DNA from: Octopus vulgaris
Lineage: Eukaryota
Direction of reading: 5' to 3'
Assembly (NCBI GenBank): GCA_951406725.2
Contig: OX597828.1
Coordinates: 36,766,001-36,830,000 of the forward strand
DNA length: 64,000 nucleotides
Positions 1-12,867 of the stretch are shown here, piece by piece. Below the pieces are notes generated by a model. That model saw only the letters and a list, made by a program, of their open reading frames with translations, searched no databases and was not told where the DNA came from. A program made the translations under genes and the position numbers. How positions within the stretch are numbered: the stretch's first letter is position 1; each line of letters starts with the position of its first letter.

Positions 1-180
1 CGAAAATAAATGTAAAAGAAAAATTCTAATGCCAAATATGCCGGCATATTTGGCATTAAATTTTACTTTTGCCCTTATTTTTGTAAATTATTTATAAATT
101 TAACCTTTAAAGATATTATTTGATATGCTGGCCATTGATAACATTTTTTTCCCGAAAAAAAAATGTATCCTACATGTATA

Positions 181-248
<68 letters not shown>

Positions 249-956
249 TGTAGCGAATCTTGCATGCATGTAGCCAAATTTAAATCAACACTGCTACAGA
301 ACTTTTCCCATCGTGGAACAATGGTTTTTCTCTGACACCGGTTTTACATTTTCCAGATGCCTTTAGCTAGGCCAAAAAAATGTCTCCCCCACTTGACCCT
401 TTCTGACCTCTTCTACTTCACCAAAAGCTAGAATAGATAACAAGACCACCAACTAAATTTATTGTTCTCAATGATATATCTATCCTTCTGGATCTTTATA
501 TAAGTAAGCATACCCCAAGCAAAGGTCAGTCAGTAACTTGTCGGCGACTGAACAAGGCAGTTCGTGACGACTCAATTAGTAAGGAAAGGACTGCTAGAAT
601 AGAAATGGTCAGAGAGAGAAATAAAAAATTACTACCAGCAACTTCAGACAACGTCCCACACTCTCTCACTTTCACTAACTCTAACTCAGTTCTCTTACAA
701 CATCATACTGTCTCCACAATTACTACTGAACCATGAAGAGAACCCAGCATTCTACCGCATCTAACTTTCGCATGCTTTTGGATTTATGAACCTGCCCGTC
801 GAGGCAAGGTATTGTAACGTAAGGGTAAATAAACAGTTCCTTCAAACTTCATGCATTCTTCATCTTACTTACACATTTTACAATTTGCCGTTTCAACAAC
901 AAACTCGAATCGTCACAATTTGCTGACCATAACATTTCATAATATTGTGCATCAAA

Positions 957-1310
957 TCACACATACATACACACATACATACACACATACATACACACAT
1001 ACATACACACATACATACACACACACACATACATACATACGTACATACACACACATACATACATATATATATGCATACACATACATACATACATACATAC
1101 ATACATACATACATACACACATACACACACACATACACAAACACACAAACACACACATACACACACACATACATACACACACACAACATACATACACACA
1201 CAATACATACACACAAATACATTCATACATACATACATACATACATACATACAAACATACACACACACACACACGTACACATACATACATACATACATAC
1301 ATACATACAT
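957..1310. repeat. Compound (CATA)n/(CA)n microsatellite
   Basis: Visible simple repeat; accounts for the HT/YI-rich ORFs in the track. Confidence 0.95.
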
Positions 1311-1470
1311 AGGAGTGGCTGTGTGGTAAGTAGCTTGCTTACCAACCACATGGGTCCGGGTTCAGTCCCACTGCGTGGCATCTTGGGCAAGTGTCTTCTG
1401 CTATAGCCCCGGGCCGACCAAAGCCTTGTGAGTGGATATTCTAGACGGAAACTGAAAGAAGCCTGTCGTA

Positions 1471-1521
<51 letters not shown>

Positions 1522-1730
1522 ATATGTTTGTGTGTCTTTGTTTGTCCTCCTAGCATTGCTTGACAACCGATGCTGGTGTGTTTGCGTCCTCGTCAATTTG
1601 CGGTTCGACAAAAGAGACTGATAGAATAAGTACTGGGCTTACAAAGAATGAGTCCCGGTGTCGATTTGCTCGACTAAAGGCGGTGCTCCAGCATGGCCGC
1701 AGTCAAATGACTGAAATAAGTAAAAGAGAG
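1311..1730 (+). mobile_element. tRNA-derived SINE, family A (full length, internal TA/TG microsatellite, TAAAAGAG-type tail)
   Basis: A-box-like TGGCTGTGTGG and B-box-like GGTTCAGTCCC; near-identical copies at 10983, 32225, 32860, 36651, 47407, 53878, 57961. Confidence 0.85.
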
Positions 1731-1755
1731 AGAGAGTATACATACATACATACAT

Positions 1756-1786
<31 letters not shown>

Positions 1787-2108
1787 TACACACATACACA
1801 CATACACACATATACACATACATACTTACATACATACATATATACATACATACATATATACAGTCTCTATTGTCAAGACATCTGCCGGATGCAGATAGTG
1901 GCGGGCGGCAGACATCAAGGTGGCGAAAAGTTAACCCCTTTGCTCCTCCCTTTACATGAATATCCAACACATGCATGTATACACACACACACATATAAAT
2001 ATATACATATACATTTATATACATATAGTCAGAATTTACAATAAATAGACGAAAACGGGTGCGTAAACAACAAACACATGTATTTAACGCTCGGGAAGTG
2101 AGAACGTA

Positions 2109-2238
<130 letters not shown>

Positions 2239-3207
2239 AATAGTTATCGCCAAACTAACATGGCAATCCATAAACATAAGACTAAAGCTGTCGCTGATTC
2301 GATCCAAGAGGCCATCGCCTCTAACTAGCTATATGACATACAAACCTACGTCCGTTACAACCTTCGAACAGGGGAGGTCAGCAGCTTCACCTTGCTGGTC
2401 AGACAACTGCAGACATGTTTCAGGGTTGTTGCCCTTTATCAATGCCGCATAATCAGACCCAGCAGGTGTAGCTACCGACCGTCTGTTCGAAGATTTTATT
2501 TACCTAGTTACAGTGGAATACATCCACTTGTTTTCAATAATAGAAATATTAAAATTACTAAGTCACTTTAAAGGAGATTACGGCAGCGTTAATGGATATT
2601 AATAGTAATTGCCAAACTAATATGGCAGTCCATAAATATAAGACTAAAGCTGTCGCTGATTCGATCCAAGAGGCCATCGCCTCTAGCTAGCTATATGAGA
2701 CACAAACCTGCGTCCATTACAACCTTCGAACAGAGGAAGTAAGCCGCTTCACCTTGCTGGTCAGACATCTGCAGACATGTTTCAGGGTTGTTGCCCTTTA
2801 TCAATGCAACGTAGTCAGACCCAGCAGGTGTGGCTACCAACCGTCTGTTCGAAGATTTTATTTATCTAGTTACAGTGGAATACATCCACGTGTTTTCAAT
2901 AATAGAAATATTAAAATTACTAAGTCTCTCTAAAGGAGATTACGGCAGCGTTACTGGATATTAATAGTTATCGCCAAACTAATATGGCAGTCCATAAATA
3001 TAAGACTAAGTCTGTCGCTGATTAGCTCCAAGAGGCCATCGCCTGTAGCTAGCTATCTGACACACAAACCTGCGTCCATTACAACCTTCGAACAGGGGAG
3101 GTAAGCCGCTTCACCTTGCTGGTCAGACATCTGCAGACATGTTTCATGGTTGTTGCCCTTTATCAATGCAGCGTAGTCAGACCCAGCAGGTTCGCTACCG
3201 ACCGTCT
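2239..3207 (-). repeat. 362-bp tandem repeat (~2.7 units), one hammerhead motif per unit; retrozyme/PLE pLTR-like
   Basis: Units start at 2239, 2601 and 2963; (TA)n on both sides; a diverged reverse-orientation copy lies at ~46598-46787. Confidence 0.85.
2408..2445 (-). ncRNA. Minimal type I hammerhead ribozyme, U3-A8 core variant (repeated at ~2769 and ~3131)
   Basis: Minus strand: gca-UUGAUAA-aggg(caacaa)cccu-GAAAC-AU-GUC-ugc. Confidence 0.7.
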
Positions 3208-3209
3208 AT

Positions 3210-3282
<73 letters not shown>

Positions 3283-3427
3283 AATTTTTCAAAGCAACGG
3301 TGCATAAATACTTTCTTAAAACTTCATGCATTGTTCAGCTTTCACATCCTACATTATGCAATTATAACAACAAATCTCTCACGTTACAAATTGGTGATCC
3401 TCGACTTCAAGTAAAAACTTTATAATG

Positions 3428-3462
<35 letters not shown>

Positions 3463-3466
<4 letters not shown>

Positions 3467-4878
3467 TGATTGATTGATTGATTGATTCTAGTTTCAGCTT
3501 ATGAGCTGTGGCCATGCTGGGGCACCGCCATTTGGTGTTGCTACTTGGTTTCACTTCACGAAAGCTTTCTAGCAACTGCCATTTGGTGCATGAGAGAGTT
3601 CGATGCAGCTGCCCTCATCTGCCCCTCCTGCCGTGAAGTTGGTTCATCTGGGACACCTGACAGGAAGAGATCTAGCTTCATTTTAAAGACATCTGCATCC
3701 ACCCCATGCAGGTCTCTCAGGTTCTTCGGGAGGATATTGAAGAGCTGTGGGCCTCGGAAGCCCAGGCTATCACAGAATCTTGTCCTACATCTTGATGGCA
3801 AGTTTGGAGTCCTAGGCACCACGCAGTGCGCCCAGTTCTGGCATTTGCGTAACTCTCGATGCCAAAGTTCAGGACACGTCCCTCCAGGATCTTCCGATGT
3901 ATATTATGGCATATCTTTCCCGCCTACGCTCCAGGGAATATAGTTTTAATCTCTTGAGTCTTTCCCAGTAGCTTACATTCTGCATAGAGGCTATCTTCTT
4001 CGTGTAGCTACGTTGGATCGCCTCGAGCTCTGTGATCAACTTGACACTGGATGGTGACCATAACTGAGAGCAGTAGTCAAAGTGGCTTAGGACAAGTGTC
4101 CTCCAGAGGACCATCATGGTTTCTTGTTCTCTTGTTCTAAAGGTTCTGAGGATCCATCCGGCCAGTCGTCTACATTTCATTGCCAATTTAGCAACATGTA
4201 CACGAAAGGTCGCGTCATCACTCATGTAAATACCTAGGTCACGCACTGATTGTGCCTCTGGGATTGCTATTCCTCCGGGTCCAGTGTATTCATTGGGTAT
4301 TGCATTTAGTTTTGCATGCTGATAGTATAGAGCTTGAAACTTTTCAGCATTGAACTGCATGCTATTCTTTTCGGCCCACTTGTATATTTTGTCCAGCTCG
4401 CATTGGATATGCGTCGTGTCTTCAGGGTTCTGTATTGCCTGTGAAACTTTTGTATCATCTGCATAACTTGTGATCGTGGCTCTCTGCGTGGCTGAGGGCA
4501 TGTCTGAGAGGGCCATTATGAACAGTAGTGGTCCCAGAACAGTGCCCTGCGGAACACCGCTCACTATTTGCGTGTTAATGGAAGTGGCCCCATTGGCCAC
4601 TACCACCTGACTTCTATCTTTCAGAAAGTCATGAAGCCATTCTCCCAGTTTTCCAACTATGTTGAGATCACGCAGTTTGTGACATATCATTCCATGATCG
4701 ACTTTATCAAAGGCCTTTGATAAAGTCGAGATATATCACTTCCACATTTCAGTAGTTGAGCAGCCGTTTCAGCACCCAGTTATAGTGTTGTAGGAGCTGA
4801 GTTAAACAGCTTCTCCCTGGTCGGAAACCATGTTGGGTGTCGGGCAGCAAGTCATTTTCTTCAAGGAAGGTGATCAAA
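3463..4878 (-). mobile_element. 5'-truncated CR1/L2-group LINE (RT and C-terminus, (CAAT)n tail)
   Basis: ORF 3869-4690 has GVPQGTVLGPLLF and YADDT; C-terminus GPQLFNILP...FKMKLDLFL; 3' tandem tail at 3463-3486. Confidence 0.9.
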
Positions 4879-5331
4879 TTGAGATAAGGGTTGTAAATGC
4901 AACCCTCCATGGGATAACATATATCCAATATACTGCTAGTGAAGACTGAGTTATATTACATAGTCTCCGAAGAGGCCTTATGATATTTTTGTAAATGTCT
5001 CATTTATATCTATATATTGACCAACCATAAAGGGCTAATATTGGTAAAATGAGATATACTTATCTACATGGCCGAAACAGCTGTAAGATGTAATCTATAC
5101 TTATATTTATATTTACTTATATTTATATTCTCTTTTATATATATTCTACTTATTATACAACATTACTCTTTTATGTACACTTTTTATGTACATTCCTTTA
5201 TGTACACTGATTTGTTCTGCTCTTTATATTTAACTCTACAGTCTCTTATGTGGTGGTTTAATAAAGTATGTGATTGAGTATTATCTGGTAATTGATATTT
5301 GATTTAGATGTATTTCTCCATATTCTTATCT

Positions 5332-5332
<1 letters not shown>
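4879..5332. mobile_element. Non-coding PLE terminal fragment (inverted arrangement), same family as the 41-46 kb element
   Basis: 4880-4939 matches 41044-41103; it is followed by a + strand hammerhead homologous to the - strand one at 41408; ends in (TA)n. Confidence 0.7.
4963..5089 (+). ncRNA. Type I hammerhead-like motif with ~90-nt stem II extension (core CCGAAGA)
   Basis: gtct-CCGAAGA-ggcc...ggcc-GAAAC-AGCT-GTA-agat. Confidence 0.6.
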
Positions 5333-5369
<37 letters not shown>

Positions 5370-5378
<9 letters not shown>

Positions 5379-6177
5379 GATCTCGTGCTAGATAACAACC
5401 ATATAGAGCTACTCAGCCATGTTCCAGTTCTAGCGACAGACGACCAGCCAGCCAACCATGCTCCTGCACCAGCCATGACGACGCTAACTTACACCAGCGA
5501 CAGACAGGACGTTCTCCATCTCCGTCGCCTTCATCTCGACGTCGCCATCCTCTGTCGCCGCCATCACCCATCGTCGTCTTTCAACTCTACGTCGTCTCCA
5601 TCTCCGTCGACTTCAGCAATACTTACACAGCACATACTCAGGCTTAAACTCCACGCTGTTGTGACTATTTCACCGAGGTAAACAGCTCCAATCTACCTGA
5701 AAGAACTTCCTATATCAAGAGATTCGGCACGGCATTGAAACCACAACCGCTACACGACATATGTTCAACCGGCATTCTGCCTTGTGACCCCAACATCCTG
5801 TTACAGAACTGTTACTAATCTGTACCTCACTTACGCTCTGGTAAACTAATTCCATCTTAACTCAATATGCTGATCTTATGCTCTGTATTCTGTTTTATAC
5901 GCATACATCTTCTGTCGCACATACGAACACACAGACACAAACACCTATGCGCACGCATTCAGACACTGCACTTTGCTAGCACCTATACTTTATCTTTGTA
6001 CACTTTGTAAATAAAGTCTTCCTCTCTCTCAAACAGTAGAACGGTTGTCATCCTCATTCCTTCTGGCACTGTATTTTATATCATGTATTTGGCTTCTTAT
6101 TTTGTTAGGTGCGACCGTGCGGCGTTAGAAACGAGACATTTGTCACCAACTCCTTACGTACGGTCGTATTTCCTACA
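5370..6177 (+). mobile_element. Probable solo LTR (Gypsy-like)
   Basis: Imperfect inverted termini TATAGAAAT...ATTTCCTACA (TG...CA-like), AATAAA at ~6010, ~800 bp, no coding capacity; TSD not resolved. Confidence 0.45.
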
Positions 6178-7089
6178 TAACGTTTCTGCCAGCTTGCCGC
6201 CTTATGAATAAAAATTTATTAACATCATACGAATTGCTAAACCTTCGATTGATATTGGAGTTATTTGTTTTTGGAATTGTGTCTCGAAGTACACATACGG
6301 CTAAATTAATTATCTCATGTTTTTTCGGAATTTTATTAATTCTTATATTTTCATCAAGATACAATTCTCGCTGGGAAGATTAAATTTCTGAAAATGGACA
6401 GAGAAATTCGACGAATTTCTTTGGTGCAATGGTGGTACACATGTCATGTCTACATGGTATGTCGGTCTGACTTCCTCGGGCGGTCTTCGGTTTTCTGTAT
6501 TGGAGAGGGATTTTTCAACCCAATGCTTGATTAGTAACATTTTAGCATTGTATGTACTTCGAGAATCATTTCGAAAAAGAGACAAGCTCACCCGCGCACA
6601 CTTTCTTACGTTTTCTCTCTCACGCACACATATTTTCAGGATTCGATTGAATTAAGATATTTAAATTGCATAGGTGCCAAGGTAGAGTCGGGGGTAGCGC
6701 ATCTGTGTACGGACAACACGTAACAATGTGCACGGACATACACGTACTTACTAAGGTGAATGCAGATATGTCCCCCCAAGTATGCACACACTCACAAGTA
6801 CCGACCGAATACACAATATGTACGCTAAGCTAGACAAGTGTACATGCATTTCACATTCGACTTTAGGCTCAAGATCTAACGCAAGGTTGGTTCCAAGTGG
6901 TGAAAAAAAAAACAACACAATTGTGTTGAAGGTCACTGCAGCTGTTTCAGATGTGTTCTTTATTGATGAAGAACATTTTACATCATGTAAAAAACCGTTT
7001 TCTTCAGTTGAGTTGAGAATAAAATTTGACCCACAGGATTTTTTGAATAAATAGAACATAATGCAAGTTGAACGTCTCATCTTGGGTAC

Positions 7090-9276
7090 AGCCGAGAGAG
7101 TGAATCGACGATGACCAAGGAAGAAGACGGGTCACTTGAGAGAAGAAGATTGGTTAAGGTTCATCCAGCTGTGAGCTCGGGAGGTTTTGCCACAGGTCGG
7201 ACACTGGTGGTCTGCTGAGAATGACGGTAAGAAGTTGGCTCTGGACATTCGCAGCTCATATTTTCTTTGTGCTCTTGCTATCCTATCCTGTTGTTTGGTG
7301 GTGGTGGTGGTGGTGGGGGGGGGGGGACACGATGGCAGAATACTCGAGGGACAAATCGCCGGGTTTGGATGGTCTGCCCTACGAGCTTTACAGTTGTATG
7401 CCAGACTTGTTTGGAGGCGTCTTGGCAGCAGTGTATTGCAGCTGACAGCAAAACGGGAGCATCCCTGTTTTTTTTTAGCCGAGGAACGGTAACGCTGCCA
7501 AAGAAAGATACAAACAAGGGGAACGTAATAGATAACTTTAGGCCCATCTCTCTGCTCAATGCAGATTTGAAAATTTTGGCCAAGGTGTTAGCCAAGAGGT
7601 TGGCGCTTGTCATCGAGAAACTGGCCGACAAGGCGCAAACGTGTGCCGTGCCGGCCTGGAGCATCAATGACAACCTCCATCTGATGCGCTACATCATTGA
7701 CAGGGTAGTTAAGGAACTTGGTATGGGTGAGGCACCGATCAGTTTAGATCAATCTAAAGCTTTCGAAAGGGTAGACCATCGATCAGGGATGCCCCCTCTT
7801 GTCGCTTCTGTACGTATTGACTCTCGAGCCACTACTGCGGAAGTAGGCGAAGCTGAGGGGCATCCCGCGAGAACCGGGATGCGGGACGAGTAGGGTGGCC
7901 ACTCTCTCCCAGTAATGGGCCGAGAGGAAGCTGTCCCTAAAAGGTCGGGCGGGGGTAGCGAACGCGTACATCGCGTTCGTTATGTACTACCGCCTGACCG
8001 TCGTGCCTTGTCCCGACTCTACCATCACCAAACTGGATTATATCCTCTCCGGCTTCGTGAGGAAAGGAAGCATTCCGATGGTCAGGCATTTCGTTTGCTG
8101 CCAACACCCGTTAAAAGGAGGGCTGGGCATGCTGTGGTTAATGATGCGCAGACATGCGCTGAGACTGCGACATCTCAGACTCTATGTAGACGACGGTGGA
8201 CAGGTGTGGTCGCCGTTTGTGCAGCGCGCTTTCCCGCAGCTCGTCTCCATGACCGAACTGCAGTCGTGGATCAAGGAGAGGCCGAGGAAGGGCGAATGAC
8301 ACCGTAGCTGTCTCGTTGCTCTCAAGCAACTATGCCGTCCTGGGTCGACCTTGAGCGACTGCATCACAACGAAAGCATTCTATAGGGGTTTAGTGGAGGG
8401 GAGGTACGACGACGATCTCGGGGTGAACCTGGGCGTCGACGAGGAATACCTGACACGCATGTTTAAGACAACTTTCGGGCCGGGACCTATGGACAACTTC
8501 CAGAGATCTCTGGCCTGGCAGTGCTATCGAGAAGCGCTACCCGTTCGGGACAAGCTCTACAGGCATGGCTCCAGAAACAATGGGCCGACCTGCCCGTGAT
8601 GAGGACGAAACCAACCATTTCCGACCTGTGGGATTATGTCGAACGACTGCTGTCGCGTGTGAGACAAGTCGGTTATCAGTGAATATTGTCACGCCTCCTT
8701 CTTTCAAACGGGAAGGAAGAGCCATTTTTATCGTACTTGTGGCTATGGCAAAATAATGTGTATGGTGGACGCGTCTGAAAGGCCAAGAGACAAACACTTT
8801 CCTCTCTTGCCAATCTCTCATCAACTTCTTCAAGTATCACTTGAAGAGGAAGGTGAGAGTAGAGTGGAAAGTATTGTCTAGTGAATGTTTCAATAAAAGA
8901 TGGGTGAATGTAGCAAGGATGGCGCGTGTGAATGACGGAGCCAGCTTGAGCATAATCCAATGAACCAGAAAAACAAAGGAAAAAGGTGAGTTACTTATTG
9001 TAATGTGTTTTTTTTTGCATGACATTATTGCCCGAGGTTACCGTGGTCTTTTCGTAGGTTTTTCTTTCCACGGATAAACCTCACCACTTGTGGGAACTAC
9101 GTTTTTTCTTTTTGTACTATTTCGACTTTTGCATATCCCAAACGATATCGATCCCTTTTGATCGTTGTCTCTATTTTAATTTTTTTTGTTTTATTTTCGT
9201 CCTCTCGGAAAGAAAAAGAAACACTACATTGTATTTGTCCCCTTTGTGTTCGGCCCTGTGTGGCTAATAAAGAACG

Positions 9277-9278
<2 letters not shown>
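7090..9278 (+). mobile_element. Decayed Tx1/L1-clade LINE (RT, zinc-knuckle C-terminus, 3' UTR)
   Basis: KSPGLDGLPYELY, NFRPISLLNADLKILAKVLAKRL, SLDQSKAFERVDH, WQCYREALPVRDKL..TCP in shifting frames; AATAAA followed by (TATC)n. Confidence 0.85.
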
Positions 9279-9367
<89 letters not shown>

Positions 9368-9368
9368 C
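9278..9368. repeat. (TATC)n microsatellite at the Tx1 3' end
   Basis: Visible simple repeat. Confidence 0.95.
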
Positions 9369-10169
9369 CTATGTGTGTTCGTGCACGCGCTCGTGTCTGT
9401 ATCTGTATTCGAGCCAAGTTTCGTCCCTCTGCGTGAGAATGTAACTAGTCAACCGATAGAGATCAAGCCGATAAAATAAGTGGCAAACTGACTTAAGAAT
9501 TGGTCTTGAAACGAATAAATAAGAAACACTGAAGGTGGTGCCACGGCATGGCTGCAATCCATTGACGAAAACTAATAAAAGATTTAAAGAAATACAGCTT
9601 AGCGTTTCTGTGGCTGAATTCCCATACCAAGATTTGTGATAAAGAAGCTCAATATCTGTTGAAAGACCAGAATAAATTTCTTTTAGATATTGTTTGTAGA
9701 TCCTTTTAAAGACAAAAAACAAAGATTTATTTACATTAGACTAAAGCAATAGATTCCAAGTAAACTAGTGTCGACATGCAACAGAAAATGTTAGTTATTG
9801 CATAAAGGGCAGAAGAAGATCAGATGTTTTTGGTTGGATTTTTCATTTGATGAGAGCCCTTGCCAGAAATATCACATTTCTCTGCACACTAACTTGTTCT
9901 ACTTCACTGATAGTGGTTAATTTTGATAAGACGATTTCGGTAAACATCACCAGACCGACTGGTTGTGCGTCTATCTCTTAAAACGCATTATATTCTTCGG
10001 TTTGTTACATGATCTTATTTGTAGGTCAGTGAAAATATTATTTTAATTAACTGAAAATATAAAAATGATAATATTTGTAGAAGGGGTAAAAGAAAAATTG
10101 GAGAAGAATTATAGGAGAAATGACAATGCTGTTGCACTCCTATCACAGTTCAACTGTTACTTCTCAGGT

Positions 10170-10780
10170 CACTTGTAAGTCTTCACGTAAGTGCTGCTGA
10201 TAACATGGAATCTAGTACAACCTGTTTCAAAGTTGGGTCGTCGGCGCGACTAAACCGGTACAACCACTTGGCTTGTCTAGTGAAGAGAGTTGTTAGAAAC
10301 CCAGCAGGGCTAAAATCAAGAACTGTTAAAAGGACGGATGAATTCAGTGTAGGTTCAACGACTATCTAGCAATAAAATGGGCTGTCAGAAATTCCCGGTT
10401 AGTACCCAGCGTACTGTGACTGAAGCAAACCCAGGCTGTGTCTACTCCGATAATTGGCGGTAACTTGGTCAGCGAGTCCTCTGCGGCAGTCAAAAATCGA
10501 TGGCAGTATGAGCTGCTATGGATCACACTATTCCGAAGTGTGTATGCATGTGACTGGGGACCACATATGAACTTGTATTCACTCTAAAACCCAGACATGA
10601 CCTCAACACCTCAAATGCGAACGGCTACGGCGTCTGCGTTATCCGGTTATCCTTTTCAGTCTCAACTGTGGCCGACCGTCGAATGTGGTCAGCATTCGTG
10701 AGGGACGTGTTAAACTCATTGGTCGGAGCCAGCTCAACCCATCCCGTGTGAATGCTGTCCGCAAGTACAAGTAGTAAGAC
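10170..10780 (+). mobile_element. Internally deleted RTE-clade element (5' UTR-like part joined to 3' end)
   Basis: 3' end ...GCTCAACCCATCCCGTGTGAATGCTGTCCGCAAGTACAAGTA resembles RTE 3' termini with a CAAGTA tail (recognised from memory). Confidence 0.5.
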
Positions 10781-10982
10781 CAGAAGAAAGCTATAACAAA
10801 GCCGTTCCATCCATGATCGATCATTACAATCTTTAATCTGACATAGTATTATTATGTAAGATTACCACCAGTGAAACACCTGGGTCGCTGTGATCCACCA
10901 GTCCCCCCCCCAAAAAAAATATTTCAGGCCTTGTGCCTTGAGTAGAAAGGGTTATTATGTAAGATTATTAAACATGTGCCTT

Positions 10983-11149
10983 GAGGCGTAGGAGTGGCTG
11001 TGTGGTAAGTAGCTTGTCTACCAACCACATGGTTCCGGGTTCAGTCCCACTGCGTGGCACCTTGGGCAAGTATCTTCTACTATAGCCTCGGGCCAACCAA
11101 AGCCTTGTGAGTGGATTTGGTAGACGGAAACTGAAAGAAGCCCGTCGCA

Positions 11150-11182
<33 letters not shown>

Positions 11183-11405
11183 GCTTGTGTGTCTGTGGTT
11201 GTCCACCTAGCATTGCTTGACAACTGATGCTGGTGTGTTTACGTCCCCGTAACTTAGCGGTTCGGCAAAAAAGACCGATAGAATAAGTACTGGGCTTACA
11301 AAAGAATAAGTCCCGGGGTCGAGTTGCTCGACTAAAAGGTACTGCTCCAGCATGGCCGCAGTCAAATGACTGAAACAAGTAAAAGAGTAAAAGAGTAAAA
11401 GAGAG
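10983..11405 (+). mobile_element. SINE family A, full length
   Basis: Homologous to 1311-1730; (TAAAAGAG)n tail. Confidence 0.85.
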
Positions 11406-11591
11406 AGTATGTGCTTCATTTTCAAGACAATAGGGTTTGGTGCATGATTTGAAGATTTTTATTTCTAACAATATGAGTGATCGCCTGGAAACATGGTTCC
11501 CAACCTGGGGTCCGCAGATCTCTGCTGGTCCGTAAAGGTAGTATGGGGTGTGGTGGGTGTTGGTGTCCGTGAACAAAATTCAAAATTTCGT

Positions 11592-11659
<68 letters not shown>

Positions 11660-11822
11660 ATATGTATATATATATATATATAAACATAATAAAATAGGGT
11701 AAGTGAGATGGTAAATGTTTTTAATTTTCATTCCTTTCATGAATTTATCCCTTTTTGTGTTCTAGCACAACGCTTCCTTATTTGGAAGCCTCTTATTGTA
11801 TTTCTCTCTCTCTCTCTCTCTG

Positions 11823-11901
<79 letters not shown>

Positions 11902-11911
11902 GATATATATG

Positions 11912-11980
<69 letters not shown>

Positions 11981-12159
11981 TCAGTAAAATTTAGATTCAG
12001 TTGAAATTTAGTATGGTATTATCCATGTAATTCAAAATGGGTGACTACAATCAATATAAGCAACAATGATATCCAGAGGCAGTACGATCGTTTCATGCGA
12101 CTCCATTTAATTGAATTAAATGGAGTCGCATGAAACGATTATATATATATATATATATA

Positions 12160-12819
12160 TTAATTTATAAAAAGTATTAATTTATAAAAATATGGTAAAG
12201 TAAAAAAAATCACTTTACCGCACACCGAACTTTTCAGAAATAGCAGCCAAAAATTTGGCTATTTCTTCAACTGCAAGTAAAAGTCTCCAGACAATGCATA
12301 CTCAGAAAATAACTCACATAGGTATAAGGGAAAAACAATGAAAGATCACATCCATATAAGATACCCGAGAACAGCCTGTTTCTGGATTCGTGGGTTAAAC
12401 GCCACTTTTCCTTCATCAGCTCAGAGATTTCTTCTGATTTGGATATGAAAATACTAAGAACCAAACATACCCATCCGATATCTGTAACATCAGACAAACT
12501 ATGCTGGAGACCCAGTACTAGCGAATCCAAAAATACAAATGTGATCTATTATTCTCCCTGTCCACCCACGTGAGTCATAGAGTAGTGCATTTCTACAGAG
12601 GCGAAAACTGTAGTTCAAATTCTTGGAGAGAAAGCATTATATTGTCAGTAAAAAAGGGTAGAATTAATTAATTGTTAATCAGTTCGACCAAGCAGTATTC
12701 GGTATGTAAAAGGACCATTTACGGTATATTTGAAGTATTAATTTATAAAAATATGGTAAAGTAAAAAAATTCACTTTACCGCACACCGAACTTTTCAGAA
12801 ATAGCAGCCAAAAATTTGG

Positions 12820-12867
<48 letters not shown>

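Noticed and set aside
330-935. Degenerate hammerhead at ~330-370 and LTR-like segment ending TAACA at ~933
   Set aside because: Core too degenerate; no matching LTR 5' end or TSD found
6670-7080. Possible 5' UTR/ORF1 of the Tx1 element (ORF 6782-7054)
   Set aside because: No motif I can confidently recognise
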